Part shown: piece by piece, positions 30,590 to 40,704 of the stretch | How positions within the stretch are numbered: position 1 is the stretch's first letter | Layout: each line of letters starts with the position of its first letter | Assembly (NCBI GenBank): GCA_041651095.1 | Contig: JBAZJV010000002.1 | Coordinates: 107,621 to 171,620 of the forward strand | Direction of reading: 5' to 3' | DNA from: Patescibacteria group bacterium | GTDB taxonomy: Bacteria; Patescibacteriota; Patescibacteriia; Patescibacteriales; UBA12465 | Length of the DNA: 64,000 bases | The notes under the pieces: model-generated | The model's input: only the letters and a program-made list of their open reading frames with translations | The model's database searches: none | What the model was told of the DNA's origin: nothing | Program-made: the position numbers and the translations under genes

Positions 30590-31570
30590 ATGTTCTCCCA
30601 TCGCGCCTTATTAAAACAGGCCTGGCAGGTTTCCTGGAAACATAAATATCTATGGTTCCTGGGGCTCTTCGCCTCGCTGACCGCGGCCGGCGGTTCTTGG
30701 GAATATCAGCTGATGACCCAGAACGTCAACCAGGACCTGATCAACGGATCTTATTATCGTCTGAACGGCATTCTGGTCGTCGCGACGGTAGTCAAAAATT
30801 TCCTGGCCGGGCTGGCCGATCTGATCCATTATGATTTCTGGACCATCCTTAACGCCCTGTCTTTGCTGATTGCGACGTTCCTCCTGCTGGCCGTCTTCGT
30901 CTGGCTGGCCATTGTCTGCCAGGCCGCCTTAGTGGGCGATGTCAAAAGGATCGGCGACAGCAAGAAAAAAGAGCCGCTGATGAACCTGCGCGACAGCTTG
31001 ACGGCCGGCCATAAGCATTTCTGGTCGGTGCTGGCACTGAATATCATGATCAGAATCATCGTCAGCTTCGTCTTCTTCCTGATCGGCCTGCCGTTATTAT
31101 TCATGGTGATCGGCGACTCCGGTACCCTGGCGGCCGTTTATACCGTTCTCTTTGTCATTTTTATTCCGGTGGCGGTAAGCTTGTCGCTCTTGCTCAAATA
31201 CGCCATCGCCTACCGGGTGCTGGAAAACCGCTCTTTTGTCGCTTCCCTGGAACGGGCCGGCCGCCTTTTCCGGCGCCATTGGCTGGTCAGCTTGGAAATG
31301 GCTGTCATCTTATTCATTATTAATTTCCTGGCCAGCGGCGCTATTTTCATCGTCCTGGCCTTATTCCTGCTCCCGCTCCTCCTGTTCGGCCTGATTTTCA
31401 AGCTGGTCTGGTTGGTAATGCTGGTCATGCTGCTGGCCATCGCGATTATTATCGTCTGCGGCTCCATCCTGACCACTTTCCAGGTGGCGACCTGGACCGA
31501 TCTGTTCCTGCGGCTGCGAGAAAAAGGCGGCTTGGCGAAACTGGAAAGAATTTTCCAACGCCAATCCTAA
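30590..31570 (+). CDS. Polytopic membrane protein, hypothetical.
   Basis: The product begins MFSHRALLKQAWQVSWKHKYLWFLGLF and has about 6 TM helices. I chose the ATG at 30590 rather than the upstream alternative start at 30518. Confidence 0.6.
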   Translation: MFSHRALLKQAWQVSWKHKYLWFLGLFASLTAAGGSWEYQLMTQNVNQDLINGSYYRLNGILVVATVVKNFLAGLADLIHYDFWTILNALSLLIATFLLLAVFVWLAIVCQAALVGDVKRIGDSKKKEPLMNLRDSLTAGHKHFWSVLALNIMIRIIVSFVFFLIGLPLLFMVIGDSGTLAAVYTVLFVIFIPVAVSLSLLLKYAIAYRVLENRSFVASLERAGRLFRRHWLVSLEMAVILFIINFLASGAIFIVLALFLLPLLLFGLIFKLVWLVMLVMLLAIAIIIVCGSILTTFQVATWTDLFLRLREKGGLAKLERIFQRQS

Positions 31571-31588
31571 GCGGCCAGGCCCACAATT

Positions 31589-34500
31589 ATGAGTGATTTT
31601 GCGTCGATTGAAAACCTGATCAATCCGACCGATGACGAAGAAAGCGTCACCGGTCGTTTTGCTAAGAAACAAGACGAAATCAAACTGAAGCAGATAGAAA
31701 AGCAAACCCAGCAAAACGCTCAACAGCTGGGCCTGGATTATATTAATCTTTATGGCTTCTCGATCAGCCCGGAGGCGTTAGCTTTGATCCAGGAAGGCCG
31801 GGCCCGGGAAATGAAGGCGGTCTGCTTCTATTACGACGGCAAGAATATCCGCCTGGGCTGCGTGGAGCCGACCCGGGAAGTGCAGGATGAGCTGAACCAT
31901 TTGGGCGAGCAGTATTTCACGGAAGCCAGGCTGTATCTGATTTCCGAAAATAGCTTTCAGATCGCCCTGGAAGCGTACAAGTCCCTGCCGAAGATCAAAA
32001 AATACGAAAGCGGCGTCGAAATCAATGAGGAAAACCTGGAAAAATTCAAAGACGCGATCAGCAACTACAAGAGCCTGAACGAGAAGATTAATGAAGTCAA
32101 TATCACCGATGTCGTCACCTTGATGCTGGCGACCGCGCTCAAAGTCGGCGGAAGCGACATCCACATCGAAGCCGGCGAGGCCGGCGTGGCCATCCGGATC
32201 CGCATTGACGGCGTCCTGCAGGAGGCGGCCGTTATTGACCGGAATAAATGGAGCAAAATAGTATCCCGCCTGAAAATCCTGTCCCGCGTCAAAATCAATA
32301 TCAACGACAAGCCGCAAGACGGACGTTATACTATTTTCCTGAAAGACAAAAAGATAGACGTCCGCTGCTCTTTCCTGCCAACCGCCTATGGCGAAAGCGT
32401 GGTCATGCGGCTTCTGGATTCCTCAGCGACCGCCTTGGAATTTGAAAAACTGGGCCTCCGGAAAGAAATCATGCCCATCTTGCAACGAGAGATCGCCAAG
32501 CCGAACGGCCTGATCCTGACGACCGGCCCGACCGGTTCCGGCAAGACCACGACCCTATACGCCGTGTTGAACCAATTGAATAAGCCCGGCACCAAAATCG
32601 TCACCCTGGAAGATCCGATCGAATACCAATTAGCCGGTATCAATCAGAGCCAAGTCGACAATAAGCGCGGCTATACTTTTTCCGACGGCTTGCGTTCTAT
32701 TCTGCGTCAAGATCCGAACATCGTTATGGTCGGCGAAATCCGCGACCTAGAAACGGCGGAAATCGCGGTCCAGGCCTCGCTCACCGGCCACCTGGTCTTA
32801 TCGACCCTGCACACCAATGACGCCGCCGGCGTGATTCCCCGCCTGATCGATATCGGCGTCAAACCCTACTTCTTGGTGCCCTCTATTAACGCGGTCATCG
32901 GCCAGCGGCTGATTCGCTGCCTGTGTCCGCAATGCCGCCAGGAGCAAACGCTGACCGCCGAGGAGCAGGAACAGGTCAATAGGATCCTGGCCGTCATTTC
33001 GCCGAAAGCGGGCATCAATATCCCGGCCGTATTGCCGAAGATTTACCAGGCCGGACCGGGTTGCGCCGCCTGCAACTTTATCGGCTACAAAGGACGCAGC
33101 GGCATCTACGAAGTCTTCACGATGAATGACAAGATCAAGCAATTGACCGTCGATAACGCCCCCTCCTTCAAGATCCTCCAGCAAGCGGTGGAAGACGGCA
33201 TGATTACCATGCTCCAGGACGGCATCTTAAAAGTTTTGGAGGGCTTGACCTCGCTGGAAGAAGTCTATCGCGTCATCGGCAATTTCGATTACGTCAACGA
33301 ATTATATGATATCGTGATTTCCCAGACGATCGGCCGCGGCGTCAAGATCAAACCGGCGGAACTGGAACGGGCCCAAGCGCTCAGCCGAGACATCACCAAA
33401 GTCCCGGATGCGGTCAAGGAAGTGCCGACCGGCGATTTAATCAACCTGATCATGGCTCTGGCCGCCGTCGGCGAAGCCGGCGACATCCACATCGAACCGA
33501 CTGAGCGCGATGTGAAAGTCCGTTTCCGCATCGACGGCGTCATGCACGACATCCTGAACCTGCCGAAAACCAGCTATTTGCCGTTGCTCTCGGAAATAAA
33601 AATCCTGGCCGGCACGCCGACCAACGTCAAGCGGGCTACTTTCGACGGCCGTTTTACCATTTACTTGCCGGACCACAAGGTTGATTGCCGCTTGTCCATC
33701 ATCGCCGGCGGCTACGGCGAAACCATCGTCATCCGCCTGCTCTCGACGCCGGCCGCCAACCTGGATATGAGCAAGCTAGGCATCACTTCCGTCGCTTTTG
33801 CCTCCCTGCAAACGGCTATGAAGAAGACACGCGGCATCATCATCACCACGGGCCCGACCGGTTCCGGCAAGACTACGACCCTATACGCTATCTTGAATAA
33901 ATTGAACCAGCCGGACGTCAAGATCATCACGGTCGAAGATCCGATAGAATACCAGCTGCCGGGCGTGATGCAAACCCAAATCGACGAAGAGCGCGGCTAT
34001 ACTTTCGCTTCGGCGATGCGTTCGCTGCTGCGCCAGAATCCGAATATCATGATGATCGGCGAAATCCGCGATCCGGAAACGGCCAAGATCGCCGTGGAAG
34101 CCTCGCTCACCGGCCATCTGGTCTTATCGACCATCCATGCCAATAGCGCCGCCAGCGCCATTTCCCGCTTCGTCGGCCTCGGCCTGGACCGCCAGACTTT
34201 GGTTAACGCCATCGATTTCACGATCGGCCAGCGCCTGGTCCGCCGCCTCTGCCCGCATTGCAAACGGCTGGTAACGCCGACCGCCGAGCAAACAGAAAAA
34301 ATCAAGCAAGCGCTGGCGCAAATCCATAATCCCCAAGCCAAGATACCGGACCAGCTGGTTTTCTATGAAGGCGTCGGCTGCGACCAATGCAAGAATATCG
34401 GCTATAAGGGCCGGCTGGGCCTATATGAAACCATCCCGATGACGCCGCGCATCCAAAAATTGATCCAAGCCGAAAACGTTACCGATTTCGACATCGAACA

Positions 34501-34603
34501 AGCAGCGATGCAGGAAGGCATGATTCCGATGCTTCAGGACGGCATCTTAAAGGCCTTGGCCGGCGAAACCAGCATCGAGGAAGTACTTAAAGTAGTCGAA
34601 TAA
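31589..34603 (+). CDS. pilB: Type IV pilus / type II secretion ATPase of the PilB/GspE family, present as a covalent tandem of two complete ATPase modules (1004 aa).
   Basis: Module 1 reads GSDIHIEAGEAGVAIRIRIDGVLQ, TGPTGSGKTTTLYAVLNQL, LEDPIEYQL, IVMVGEIRD, TGHLVLSTLHTN, CPQC...CAAC. Module 2 reads AGDIHIEPTERDVKVRFRIDGVMH, TGPTGSGKTTTLYAILNKL, VEDPIEYQL, IMMIGEIRD, TGHLVLSTIHAN, CPHC...CDQC. It is one uninterrupted ORF. Confidence 0.9.
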   Translation: MSDFASIENLINPTDDEESVTGRFAKKQDEIKLKQIEKQTQQNAQQLGLDYINLYGFSISPEALALIQEGRAREMKAVCFYYDGKNIRLGCVEPTREVQDELNHLGEQYFTEARLYLISENSFQIALEAYKSLPKIKKYESGVEINEENLEKFKDAISNYKSLNEKINEVNITDVVTLMLATALKVGGSDIHIEAGEAGVAIRIRIDGVLQEAAVIDRNKWSKIVSRLKILSRVKININDKPQDGRYTIFLKDKKIDVRCSFLPTAYGESVVMRLLDSSATALEFEKLGLRKEIMPILQREIAKPNGLILTTGPTGSGKTTTLYAVLNQLNKPGTKIVTLEDPIEYQLAGINQSQVDNKRGYTFSDGLRSILRQDPNIVMVGEIRDLETAEIAVQASLTGHLVLSTLHTNDAAGVIPRLIDIGVKPYFLVPSINAVIGQRLIRCLCPQCRQEQTLTAEEQEQVNRILAVISPKAGINIPAVLPKIYQAGPGCAACNFIGYKGRSGIYEVFTMNDKIKQLTVDNAPSFKILQQAVEDGMITMLQDGILKVLEGLTSLEEVYRVIGNFDYVNELYDIVISQTIGRGVKIKPAELERAQALSRDITKVPDAVKEVPTGDLINLIMALAAVGEAGDIHIEPTERDVKVRFRIDGVMHDILNLPKTSYLPLLSEIKILAGTPTNVKRATFDGRFTIYLPDHKVDCRLSIIAGGYGETIVIRLLSTPAANLDMSKLGITSVAFASLQTAMKKTRGIIITTGPTGSGKTTTLYAILNKLNQPDVKIITVEDPIEYQLPGVMQTQIDEERGYTFASAMRSLLRQNPNIMMIGEIRDPETAKIAVEASLTGHLVLSTIHANSAASAISRFVGLGLDRQTLVNAIDFTIGQRLVRRLCPHCKRLVTPTAEQTEKIKQALAQIHNPQAKIPDQLVFYEGVGCDQCKNIGYKGRLGLYETIPMTPRIQKLIQAENVTDFDIEQAAMQEGMIPMLQDGILKALAGETSIEEVLKVVE

Positions 34604-34606
34604 TTT

Positions 34607-35182
34607 ATGATCAATAAAAAATTCTTAGAACAACTGCGACAGGAATATCGGGCCAACGAAAGCGAGCGTCGCCAGATCATCAGCGCCGCCAACAACATCC
34701 TCTTCGAAGCCAAGAAGACGATTTTCGCCCTGCAGCGCCGGGACTGGAAATCGGCCGCCGAAAAATTAGCAGCCAACGAACAGGCGCTCAAAGATCTGGA
34801 ACGGCGCTTCGGCCCGGGACGGCTGAGCCGGGAGGGCGCTTATAAGGCCGCGGCGGAAGAATACCTGGAAGGCAAAACTTTCTACCTGATTGCCAAGCAA
34901 CGGGAAATCGTGGCGACGCCGGAGTTGTCGCTTGATTATGAATCGTATCTGGGCGGCATCTGTGATTTGATCGGCGAACTGGTGCGCTACGCCACCAATC
35001 GGGCGGCGGACGGGAAATTCGGCGAAGTCGCGAAAATCAAAAAGACCGCCGATGCCATCATGGCCCAGCTGGCCGACTTCGACCTGACCGGTTACTTGCG
35101 CACCAAATACGACCAGGCGCGCGGCCACTTAAGGAAGTTGGAGCAAATGGCCTACGAAATAAGGCTGCGCGTCAAAAAATAA
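34607..35182 (+). CDS. Translin-family protein (bacterial C3PO-like).
   Basis: YLGGICDLIGELVRYA matches the translin (Y..GL.D..GEL.R) motif. LTGYLRTKYDQARGHLRKLEQMAYEIRLR aligns with the human translin C-terminus LKNDSLRKRYDGLKYDVKKVEEVVYDLSIRG as I recall it. The acidic segment is AAEEYLEG. It starts 3 nt after the pilB stop. Confidence 0.65.
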   Translation: MINKKFLEQLRQEYRANESERRQIISAANNILFEAKKTIFALQRRDWKSAAEKLAANEQALKDLERRFGPGRLSREGAYKAAAEEYLEGKTFYLIAKQREIVATPELSLDYESYLGGICDLIGELVRYATNRAADGKFGEVAKIKKTADAIMAQLADFDLTGYLRTKYDQARGHLRKLEQMAYEIRLRVKK

Positions 35183-35203
35183 GCGCCGCGGCCAAAACCG
35201 CTT

Positions 35204-35698
35204 ATGCTGATCGCTATCATTTCCGATATCCACGACAACCTTCCCAACTTGGATCGCTGTCTGGCCTGGTGCCAAAAACGGCGGATCAAGACCGTCTTAT
35301 TCTGCGGCGATACCACCAATCTGGAAACCGCCCACTATCTCGCCCGATATCCGGGCGAGATTTTTATGGTGAGCGGCAATGAGGAATTCTATGAATCGGA
35401 AGACCTGTCCGGCTTCCCGTCGGTACACCATCTGGGCAAAAGCGGCACCGTCAGTCTGGGCGGACGATCCATCGGCCTGGTCCACGATCCGCGCCAAATC
35501 GCCGCCCGGCTGAAAAATAGTCCGACGCCGCCGGATTATCTCTTCTACGGCCACACGCATAAGCCCTGGTTGGAAAAACGCGGCCCGACGGTCGTGGCCA
35601 ATCCCGGCAATATTTCCGGCACCTGGTACCAGGCCACGTTCGCAACGCTCGATACCGCGACCGGCGAATTGGCCCTTAAGATACTGGCCGAACTGTAA
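35204..35698 (+). CDS. Calcineurin-like metallophosphoesterase (YfcE/MJ0936 family).
   Basis: Evidence includes MLIAIISDIHDN, FCGDT, GNEE, GHTHKP and the NPGN motif. Confidence 0.85.
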   Translation: MLIAIISDIHDNLPNLDRCLAWCQKRRIKTVLFCGDTTNLETAHYLARYPGEIFMVSGNEEFYESEDLSGFPSVHHLGKSGTVSLGGRSIGLVHDPRQIAARLKNSPTPPDYLFYGHTHKPWLEKRGPTVVANPGNISGTWYQATFATLDTATGELALKILAEL

Positions 35699-35756
35699 AT
35701 AAGGATCCTGATTAAAAACAAAAAGACCCTGGCGGGTCTTTTTGGATTATGGCCGT

Positions 35757-38243
35757 TTAAATCAGCTTTTTCAGATATTGGCCGGTATAGCTCTTGGCGA
35801 CCTTGGCCACATCCACCGGCGTGCCGGCCGCGACCAGATAGCCGCCGGTGTCCCCGCCTTCCGGCCCCAGGTCAATGATCCAATCTACGGATTTGATGAC
35901 GTCAAAATTATGTTCGATGATAAGCACCGTATTGCCCTGGTCGACCAGCAGATTAAGAACCTTAAGCAGGCGATCGATATCGGCGAAATGCAAACCGGTG
36001 GTCGGTTCGTCCAGGATATACAGGGTCTGGCCGGTCGCCCGGCGCGATAATTCCGTCGCCAGCTTGATGCGCTGCGCTTCGCCGCCGGAAAAAGTCGTCG
36101 CGCTCTGGCCCAGCTTGAGATAACCCAGGCCGACTTCCGATAGGGTTTTCAATTTCTGGCTGATGGCGGAGTGATCCTTAAAAAAAGGCTGTGCTTCATC
36201 GATCGTCATTTCCAGCACTTCGAAGATATTCTTCCCTCGATATAAGACGTCCAGGACCTTAGCTTGGAATTTCTTGCCGCCGCAAACATCGCAGGTCAGA
36301 TAAACATCGGATAAGAATTGCATTTCCACCTTGATCACGCCGTCGCCGGCGCAATTCTCACAGCGCCCGCCCGGCACATTGAAAGAAAAATGGCCGGCGC
36401 CCAGCCCTTTGACCCGGGCTTCCGGCAAAGCGGCGAACAAATCGCGGATATAAGTGAACAGTCCGGTATAGGTCGCCGGATTGGACCGCGGCGTGCGGCC
36501 GATAGGCGACTGATCGATGTCAATAACCTTGTCGATAAACTCCAGGCCGCTCAGTTCGCGATGCGCGCCCGGTTCGACCTTGGCGCGATAGAATTTGCGG
36601 CTCAAAGCCTTGGCCAGGATGTCGCTCATGAGCGTCGATTTGCCGGAACCGGAAACGCCGGTAATCGCCACCAATTTGCCGAGCGGTATCGCTACGTCGA
36701 TATTCTTAAGATTATGTTCGGTCGCCCCGCTGATCTTGATCGCCCGGCCGTTCCCGGATCGGAATTTGGCCGGCAACTTGATTTCCCGGGCGCCGGACAA
36801 ATAGGCACCGGTCAAGGAAGCCGGACATTTCTTGATCTCACTCGGAGTGCCGGTGAACAGGATCCGGCCGCCGGCGTCGCCGGCACCCGGTCCGACGTCT
36901 ATCAGCCAGTCCGCCGCCAGCATCGTGGCGGCATCATGCTCGACGACGATCACGGTGTTGCCGTTATCGCGCAATTTTTTCAAAGTCGCGATCAATTTAT
37001 CGTTATCCCGCTGATGTAAACCGATCGAGGGTTCATCCAATACGTAAAGGACGCCACTTAGGGTCGAGCCGACTTGGGAGGCCAGGCGGATACGCTGGGC
37101 CTCGCCGCCGGACAAAGTCGCGGCCGAACGGCTTAAAGTCAGATAATCCAATCCGACATTAGCCAGGAAGCCGAGATTGTCCAAGATCTCTTTCAATATC
37201 GGCTCGACGACTTTAGCCTGCCCGTTCCCAACTTCATTTTTCAGCCAATTGCCCAGCAGAACGCGCAAATCCCGAATACTCCGATCGGTAATGTCAATAA
37301 TCGACAGATCGTTAAGCCGCACGGCCAGCGATTCCGGTTTCAATCGGGCGCCTTGGCAGGCCGGGCAACGCGAAACCCGCATCACCTTTTCCACTTCCTG
37401 TTTGACGAAACTAGATTTGGTTTCCTGATATTTTTCTTCCAAATACGGCAGGAGGCCGGAAAACTTGCCGTCGCCGCGCAAAATAAGTTCCTGCTGAGCC
37501 GCGCTCAATTCTTTGACGGACGGCCGCAGGCTGAAATTATGGCGATTCGCCAATTCATTTAATTCCGCCAGCAGGCCGTTGCCGTTCAAGTTAGCGTGGG
37601 ACAACGGTTTGATCGCCCCTTCCAGGATGCTCAGATTAAAGTTGAAAACCAAGTTGGGATCGATTTCCGATTTGGTGCCCAGGCCGCCGCAGGCCGGACA
37701 AGCGCCGTGGCCGGAGTTGAAGGAAAAATCGCGCGGCTCCAGATCCGGTCGCCGGTAATCGCAATTCGGACAAGTATAGAAGCGGTCGATCTTAGTCGAT
37801 TTGACGGTGCGGCCGCGTACCAGTCTGGTATTTTTTTTCTCGGCTGACGCTTTCTTCAGCTTCACGCGGCACTGCGGGCAATACGGCGCGCCGGCCCGGG
37901 CGTACAGCAGGCGCAAATAATCATAAATTTCCGTGATCGTGCCGACCGTTGACCGCGGATTATGCTGGGTCGTCCGCTGATCGATGGAAATGGCCGGCGA
38001 CAGGCCCTCGATCAGGTCGATATCCGGCTTGTCCATCAAGCCGACGAATTGCCGGGCATACGAAGACAGGGACTCGACATAACGACGTTGTCCCTCCGCA
38101 TAGATCGTATCAAAAGCCAAGGAAGATTTGCCGGAACCGGACAGGCCGGTCACGACGATGAATTGGTCGCGAGGAATGTCCAGATCGATGTTTTTCAAAT
38201 TATTGGTCCTGGCTCCTCTGAGCTTGATGAATTTTCCGGCCAT
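35757..38243 (-). CDS. uvrA: Excinuclease ABC subunit A-like ATPase. It is a short form (828 aa) lacking the UvrB-binding domain, like class II UvrA.
   Basis: Evidence includes [54 protein letters not shown], two ABC modules ([12 protein letters not shown] and [12 protein letters not shown]), and Zn modules. I set the start to the ATG at 38243 because the upstream extension in the track has no homology. Confidence 0.9.
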   Translation of the reverse strand: MAGKFIKLRGARTNNLKNIDLDIPRDQFIVVTGLSGSGKSSLAFDTIYAEGQRRYVESLSSYARQFVGLMDKPDIDLIEGLSPAISIDQRTTQHNPRSTVGTITEIYDYLRLLYARAGAPYCPQCRVKLKKASAEKKNTRLVRGRTVKSTKIDRFYTCPNCDYRRPDLEPRDFSFNSGHGACPACGGLGTKSEIDPNLVFNFNLSILEGAIKPLSHANLNGNGLLAELNELANRHNFSLRPSVKELSAAQQELILRGDGKFSGLLPYLEEKYQETKSSFVKQEVEKVMRVSRCPACQGARLKPESLAVRLNDLSIIDITDRSIRDLRVLLGNWLKNEVGNGQAKVVEPILKEILDNLGFLANVGLDYLTLSRSAATLSGGEAQRIRLASQVGSTLSGVLYVLDEPSIGLHQRDNDKLIATLKKLRDNGNTVIVVEHDAATMLAADWLIDVGPGAGDAGGRILFTGTPSEIKKCPASLTGAYLSGAREIKLPAKFRSGNGRAIKISGATEHNLKNIDVAIPLGKLVAITGVSGSGKSTLMSDILAKALSRKFYRAKVEPGAHRELSGLEFIDKVIDIDQSPIGRTPRSNPATYTGLFTYIRDLFAALPEARVKGLGAGHFSFNVPGGRCENCAGDGVIKVEMQFLSDVYLTCDVCGGKKFQAKVLDVLYRGKNIFEVLEMTIDEAQPFFKDHSAISQKLKTLSEVGLGYLKLGQSATTFSGGEAQRIKLATELSRRATGQTLYILDEPTTGLHFADIDRLLKVLNLLVDQGNTVLIIEHNFDVIKSVDWIIDLGPEGGDTGGYLVAAGTPVDVAKVAKSYTGQYLKKLI

Positions 38244-38329
38244 GCTGGTAGCTGGGCGAGGCCTAAGGCCGCACCTTAAAAAATAATCAGGTATATTATA
38301 GGGGAAAAGGACGGAAAAAACAAGCCCCG

Positions 38330-39367
38330 TCAAAATAGAGGATAAAAAAGTTTCAATACGGCGACCAAGATCCGGTCGGACCAGCTGATTCGGCGGCGGC
38401 TCGTCTCGAAAGCGACGGCGCCTTGACGCCATTGGTCAATGATCCTTCGCAAATCATTGACCAGATTCTTCTGCCGGAAAAAAATGCCGGCCTCGATATT
38501 CCAATTGAAGGATAAGACGTCCATGTTTTGGGAACCGACGACCCCCTCTTCCCCGTCGATCAGCATTATTTTGGCATGATTCATCGCCGGCATCAGGTAA
38601 AACTTGACGCCCAAAGCCGACAGGCGACAGGCATTCAGATAATTGACTTTATTCAGAGGCTTGACGTCAGTATCGTTGGGAATCAGTATTTCCACCTGGA
38701 CGCCGCGCTGACAAGCATTCTCCAGGGCGGCAATCAGCCAGGTCGGCGGCAACAGATACGGCGTGACGATGCTGATGGACTGCCGCGCCTCGCTGATTTT
38801 TTTCTTATAATAATCGCTGATGAGATAGCGGGGCGGCGTGCCGGGCCAATTATCCACGATCCAGGCTTTGATTTTCTGCACCAGCGGCAAGCGGCTGTAT
38901 CGCAGGATGCTCTCCTTATGGCCGCCGACAATCTCATAGGTATAAGCGAATGATTTCAGGATCGGCCGGATGATCCGGCCCTGCAGCCTAATCTGCAAAT
39001 CCAGCCAATGTCTGGTTTCTTCTATAATATTGACGCCGCCGAGAAAAGCGATCTGATTATCGATGATCAGGATCTTGCGGTGAGTGCGGTGGAGCCAGCG
39101 ATTAAAAAAAATGAATTCCGCGCCGGCGTTCCGCAGCGCGGCGGCGGCGGACGGCCGGAGGGAGGAGCTGCCGAAAGAATCGGCAATGATCACTACTTCC
39201 AATCCGGCCCGAGCCTTATCTTGCAGCAGCTTCAGAAAGTCATGGGTCGCCTGCGTATCATCCAAAAAAGTATACATCTCCAAATAGATGGATTTTTGGG
39301 CGGCGGCCATGGCGGCGAACATGCCGTTCCAGGCGCTCTGCGAAGTGGTATATAAGCGGTATTTCAT
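38330..39367 (-). CDS. Phospholipase D / cardiolipin-synthase-like protein with two HKD motifs and no TM segments.
   Basis: The first HKD motif is [18 protein letters not shown] and the second is [18 protein letters not shown]. Confidence 0.85.
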   Translation of the reverse strand: MKYRLYTTSQSAWNGMFAAMAAAQKSIYLEMYTFLDDTQATHDFLKLLQDKARAGLEVVIIADSFGSSSLRPSAAAALRNAGAEFIFFNRWLHRTHRKILIIDNQIAFLGGVNIIEETRHWLDLQIRLQGRIIRPILKSFAYTYEIVGGHKESILRYSRLPLVQKIKAWIVDNWPGTPPRYLISDYYKKKISEARQSISIVTPYLLPPTWLIAALENACQRGVQVEILIPNDTDVKPLNKVNYLNACRLSALGVKFYLMPAMNHAKIMLIDGEEGVVGSQNMDVLSFNWNIEAGIFFRQKNLVNDLRRIIDQWRQGAVAFETSRRRISWSDRILVAVLKLFYPLF

Positions 39368-39379
39368 GCTGATCTGGCG

Positions 39380-40180
39380 TTAAACCAATAATTTCTTAAT
39401 GGCCGGAATGGCCTGGTCGGCGGCGGCTTCGCCCACGCGGATAATGGCGTCGGCCGTCTGCCGGTCGAAATATTTGGCCAGGCTGCTCTTTTTGATGAAG
39501 GCCGAAAGATCCGGTTCGATAACGACATCGGCCCGATGCATGACCGACTGGGACAAATTGGCCAGCATGGTAATCATGCTGCGCGCCAGAACATTGGACG
39601 AAGTATAGGGCTGCGCCGATAATTCATTATGGTGATAAAGATTGACGCCGATAGTGATGTCCGCGCCCAGTTTGGCCACCAGATCGACCGGTACCGGATC
39701 GCTCATCCCGCCGTCAGCCAAAGGCTGCCCATCGTAATCGACGGATTTAAAAACCAAGGGCACGGCACAACTGGCCCGGACGGCCAGAGCGACCGAACCG
39801 CTATCCAGGACGAATAAACGGCCGGTAGATAAGTCCGTCGCGGCGATATTGAGCGGTAACGACAAATCCGCAAAGTCGGCCCGATACAATTTCTTTTCCA
39901 AGTAGGCTTGGAATTTATCGCCGCTGATCAGACCGCGGTTCCAGCCAAAATCCAGCAGCAAGGACATATTCTCTTGCTGGTTATCGATCAGATCTTTCTC
40001 CAGCGTGCTGATGTCTTTGAACCGGGCGTAATAAGCCGCCGCCCAAGCGCCGATACTGGCTCCGCTCAGAAAGTCAATCGGGATATGGTGTTTTTCCAGG
40101 GAACGGATGACGCCGATATGGGCGAAGCCGCGATAGGCGCCGGAGCCTAGAGCTAGGCCGACGGTTTTGCGAACAGGCAT
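39380..40180 (-). CDS. Patatin-like phospholipase.
   Basis: The oxyanion motif is GSGAYRGFAHIGV, the nucleophile elbow is GASIGA (G-x-S-x-G), and the catalytic Asp lies in LADGGMSDPVP. Confidence 0.88.
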   Translation of the reverse strand: MPVRKTVGLALGSGAYRGFAHIGVIRSLEKHHIPIDFLSGASIGAWAAAYYARFKDISTLEKDLIDNQQENMSLLLDFGWNRGLISGDKFQAYLEKKLYRADFADLSLPLNIAATDLSTGRLFVLDSGSVALAVRASCAVPLVFKSVDYDGQPLADGGMSDPVPVDLVAKLGADITIGVNLYHHNELSAQPYTSSNVLARSMITMLANLSQSVMHRADVVIEPDLSAFIKKSSLAKYFDRQTADAIIRVGEAAADQAIPAIKKLLV

Positions 40181-40301
40181 AGATTATGGCTTAAGAGATT
40201 ATTTACTACCAGATTATAGCACTATTCCGGCTGTTTTTTAAGGTGACAAAAAACCCGGCGCCAGCCGGGTCTTCAATTATAATAATCAAGATTGCGCCGA
40301 A

Positions 40302-40664
40302 TCAGCGCGCCAGATAGAGCGGGTGCAAAAAATCCGGCTGCCAGCGGACGCTGAGCAACCAGTCGCTGACTGTGCAGCCCGCGGGCTGAGCTTGGTGCTC
40401 GAGAGTCAAAAAATATAAAACGAATAACAATAAGAATAGGGCAAATATCACAAATATAATTTGGGAAAGAAATGCGGTTTTATTCCGCTTAGCACGTGAA
40501 CTGACCATCTTTTGAGCGAAATAGGCAATCAAGCAAGCAACACCAAAAACCAAGCCTAAAATATTAACGTAAAGATGGAATGAGGGCTGACAAGTTACCG
40601 GGCAGTTACTGGCCACTTCGGTGGTCGGCGATATCGGTCCGGAATTGTTGTTAGTAATATACAT
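40302..40664 (-). CDS. Hypothetical small membrane protein (120 aa, 2-3 TM).
   Basis: This hydrophobic ORF in AT-rich DNA is followed on the minus strand by the hairpin gaagacccggc-tggc-gccgggtttttt (about 40248-40272). Confidence 0.5.
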   Translation of the reverse strand: MYITNNNSGPISPTTEVASNCPVTCQPSFHLYVNILGLVFGVACLIAYFAQKMVSSRAKRNKTAFLSQIIFVIFALFLLLFVLYFLTLEHQAQPAGCTVSDWLLSVRWQPDFLHPLYLAR

Positions 40665-40704
40665 ATGATTATAATCTTAAATAAATGACAAATAAACGAC
40701 CGCT

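Noticed and set aside
38244-38432. An N-terminal extension of the uvrA ORF (891 aa in the track).
   Set aside because: The extra 63 aa overlap the PLD gene's 3' end and the intergenic region. UvrA homology starts at [18 protein letters not shown].
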